49,406 bases of DNA from an uncultured Campylobacter sp. (GTDB lineage: Bacteria; Campylobacterota; Campylobacteria; Campylobacterales; Campylobacteraceae), in assembly GCA_963523845.1 (NCBI GenBank), contig CAURFS010000001.1:1-49406 (forward strand), in the 5' to 3' direction. A program made the translations under genes and the position numbers. The notes beneath the pieces are model-generated. The model made no database searches and was not told where the DNA came from. It saw nothing but the letters and a program-made list of their open reading frames with translations. Shown in pieces: positions 47,494 to 49,406 of the stretch (position 1 is the first letter of the stretch; every line of letters begins with the position of its first letter).

Positions 47494-47509
47494 TGTAATA
47501 GTTATTACG
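47494..47509. promoter_or_regulatory. CmeR-type operator
   Basis: TGTAATAGTTATTACG inverted repeat between cmeA and a minus-strand TATAAT (47522-47527). Confidence 0.7.
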
Positions 47510-47633
47510 AAACGAGCGTAAATTATAATAAAAACTACATAAAGAAAACTTAAATTTAGCCCGTAAAATAATCTACCGAGTGGAATTATAGCGGAATTTC
47601 GATATAATCGCGCTAAAATTTTAAAGGCTTTTT

Positions 47634-48734
47634 ATGAGAAAAATTCTTACTATCGCGGGTTCGGACAGCGGCGGCGGTGCGGGCATCCAAGCCGATATCA
47701 AGACGATCAGCGCGCATAAGATGTTTGCTACGAGCGCTATTACGGCGCTTACGGCGCAAAATTCACGCGGCGTATTCGGCGTACTGGACGTTCCGCCGCA
47801 TTTTGTAGAGGCGCAGCTCGATGCGATTTTTAGCGACATCTTTCCGGACGCCGTTAAAATCGGAATGATCTCCAATGAGGGGGTTGCCGAGGCCATCGCA
47901 AAGAGCCTGAGCAAGCACGGCGCGAAAAACGTCGTCTTAGATCCCGTGATGGTCGCCACCAGCGGCGGAGTTTTGATGAAACAAAGCGCGCTGCATGCGC
48001 TAAAATACGAGCTCGCCCCCGCCGCGGGGATTATCACGCCCAACGTGCGCGAGGCCGAGGTCTTGGCGGAGATGAAAATTTTAAGCTTAGCAGGTATGCG
48101 CGCCGCAGCGGTTAAAATTTCGCAGTTTTTCGGCGGCGCGATTTTGATTAAAGGCGGCGATCTGGCGGCTTCGAGCGAGGCTTGCGGCGCGGCGGGAACG
48201 AACGGAGCGCGAAATTTTAAGGCCTCGCAGCGCGAGACGGGCGAAGATGGCACATGCGAAAATTCTATGGGTTCGACGAAGAGCGCGGATTTCGCGGGTA
48301 AAAATTTTACTAGCGAAGGCGTAAATTTAGCGGCGAGCGCGAAGCCTTCTTCTGGGCGAAATTTATCCGCAGCGCCTTTAGATACAAGTTTTGAACCGAG
48401 CGGAGAGGGTGGGGATTTGAGAAATTTAGCGGTCGATATTTTGTACGAAAACGGCAAATTTTACGAGTTTTCCGCGCCTAAAATTTCTACGCGTAATACC
48501 CACGGCACGGGCTGCACGCTCTCAAGCGCAATCGCATGCGCGCTGGCGGCGGGGCTTAGCCTGCCCGCAGCCGTCGCCCATGCCAAGGGCTTCGTGCGTA
48601 GGGCGCTTTGCTGGGGTGAGCAGATCGGGCACGGATGCGGTGCGATAGATCATTATTTTACGGTACGCGATCCCTTCGGCGCGGACTTTGGCGGATCTTG
48701 CTCGAACGAAATCAAAATTATCTCCCCGGATTAA
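47634..48734 (+). CDS. thiD: Hydroxymethylpyrimidine/phosphomethylpyrimidine kinase with about 90-aa insertion
   Basis: LTIAGSDSGGGAGIQADIK, DPVM, TPN and NTHGTGCTLSSA motifs. Confidence 0.93.
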   Translation: MRKILTIAGSDSGGGAGIQADIKTISAHKMFATSAITALTAQNSRGVFGVLDVPPHFVEAQLDAIFSDIFPDAVKIGMISNEGVAEAIAKSLSKHGAKNVVLDPVMVATSGGVLMKQSALHALKYELAPAAGIITPNVREAEVLAEMKILSLAGMRAAAVKISQFFGGAILIKGGDLAASSEACGAAGTNGARNFKASQRETGEDGTCENSMGSTKSADFAGKNFTSEGVNLAASAKPSSGRNLSAAPLDTSFEPSGEGGDLRNLAVDILYENGKFYEFSAPKISTRNTHGTGCTLSSAIACALAAGLSLPAAVAHAKGFVRRALCWGEQIGHGCGAIDHYFTVRDPFGADFGGSCSNEIKIISPD

Positions 48735-49406
48735 AATTTCAAGCGCTCGTTGAAATCCCCGCATTCGTAAAATTCCAAAATTCCGCTGCTATTAAATAAC
48801 CTAGCGGCACAAGATTATATACAAATGGTTCATTGCGGCTTGTTATAAATGATGAGATTACGTGGCTAAAAAGCGTGCGCTACGAGAATATGCGTACTTA
48901 AAATTTTAGTTGATTTTTAGACATCATAATCCGCGTAGAATTTTAAAGATTTTTAAATTTTATTGTAGAGTTTGCGTTGCAAGCTAGGGATTTCCTTATT
49001 TGCCTTATGCTATAGCTCTGCTTCGCGGCATTGTTAAATTTGCCTTATTTCTTATAAGGCTTTATGCGCGAAAAAAGTGGATTATAAATATAAACTAGTC
49101 ATGCACTCACTGCTCACGCTACTACCTGCCTTCGCCCCTTCAAGGCAGATGCATCGCATTGTATGTCCGACCATTGCGTTGTACTTGCCGCGGCATTGTG
49201 TCCCCGTTGCGAACTCGCGATCCATTCCTTTCGTCTCATATTTGCTGAGCTTACTAAAATTCCAAATTTTCTAGCAAAAGAGTTATAATGGCTAAAACAA
49301 ACAATAACTCACATCAACAAATACAATGAAGTAGAAATCGAATAATCTTATACCAAATAACTCATCATAAATAAAAACGTAAGCGACGATAAGTAAATAA
49401 CTTGAA

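Noticed and set aside
47621..48457. 278-aa minus-strand ORF
   Set aside because: Antisense shadow of thiD.
1..49406. CRISPR array
   Set aside because: No regularly spaced identical repeats with unique spacers seen; the repeats found are operators, iterons or arm sites.
48735..49406. 65-aa ORF or ncRNA in the AT-rich right end
   Set aside because: No supporting motif, RBS or convincing structure.

Overview
Campylobacter-type chromosome. C. gracilis-like is an inference from the cmeABC operon, moderate GC and AAATTT-rich intergenic DNA. The window carries an apparently complete prophage of about 36.5 kb (4741-41255) integrated at the 3' end of tRNA-Ser(GGA), with a 15-bp att duplication. Host flanks: the end of a TonB-dependent receptor, a Dyp peroxidase, cmeABC-like RND efflux and thiD. 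The prophage has a lambdoid control region (cI/cro, matching OR and OL operator pairs, AT-rich cargo between them), RecE/RecT/SSB, two intact DNA methyltransferases plus one truncated one, a short-tailed (podovirus-like) virion module and a spanin-holin-two-lysin cassette. The most striking signal is inside the 1249-aa putative ejection protein, which carries a PBECR-type RNase domain. Two antisense -10 promoter motifs there (each spelling IIPQ in the protein) are followed by about 80-nt structured segments closed by the same covarying AGCGAC/GTCGCT stem, and one displays an initiator-tRNA-like anticodon stem-loop. This suggests an RNA decoy/antitoxin embedded in the toxin gene. That is a hypothesis, not demonstrated. 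A separate aberrant tRNA-like gene and a STAS/GHKL partner-switch cassette are further candidates. All protein family calls are by eye from motifs; no database search was run.
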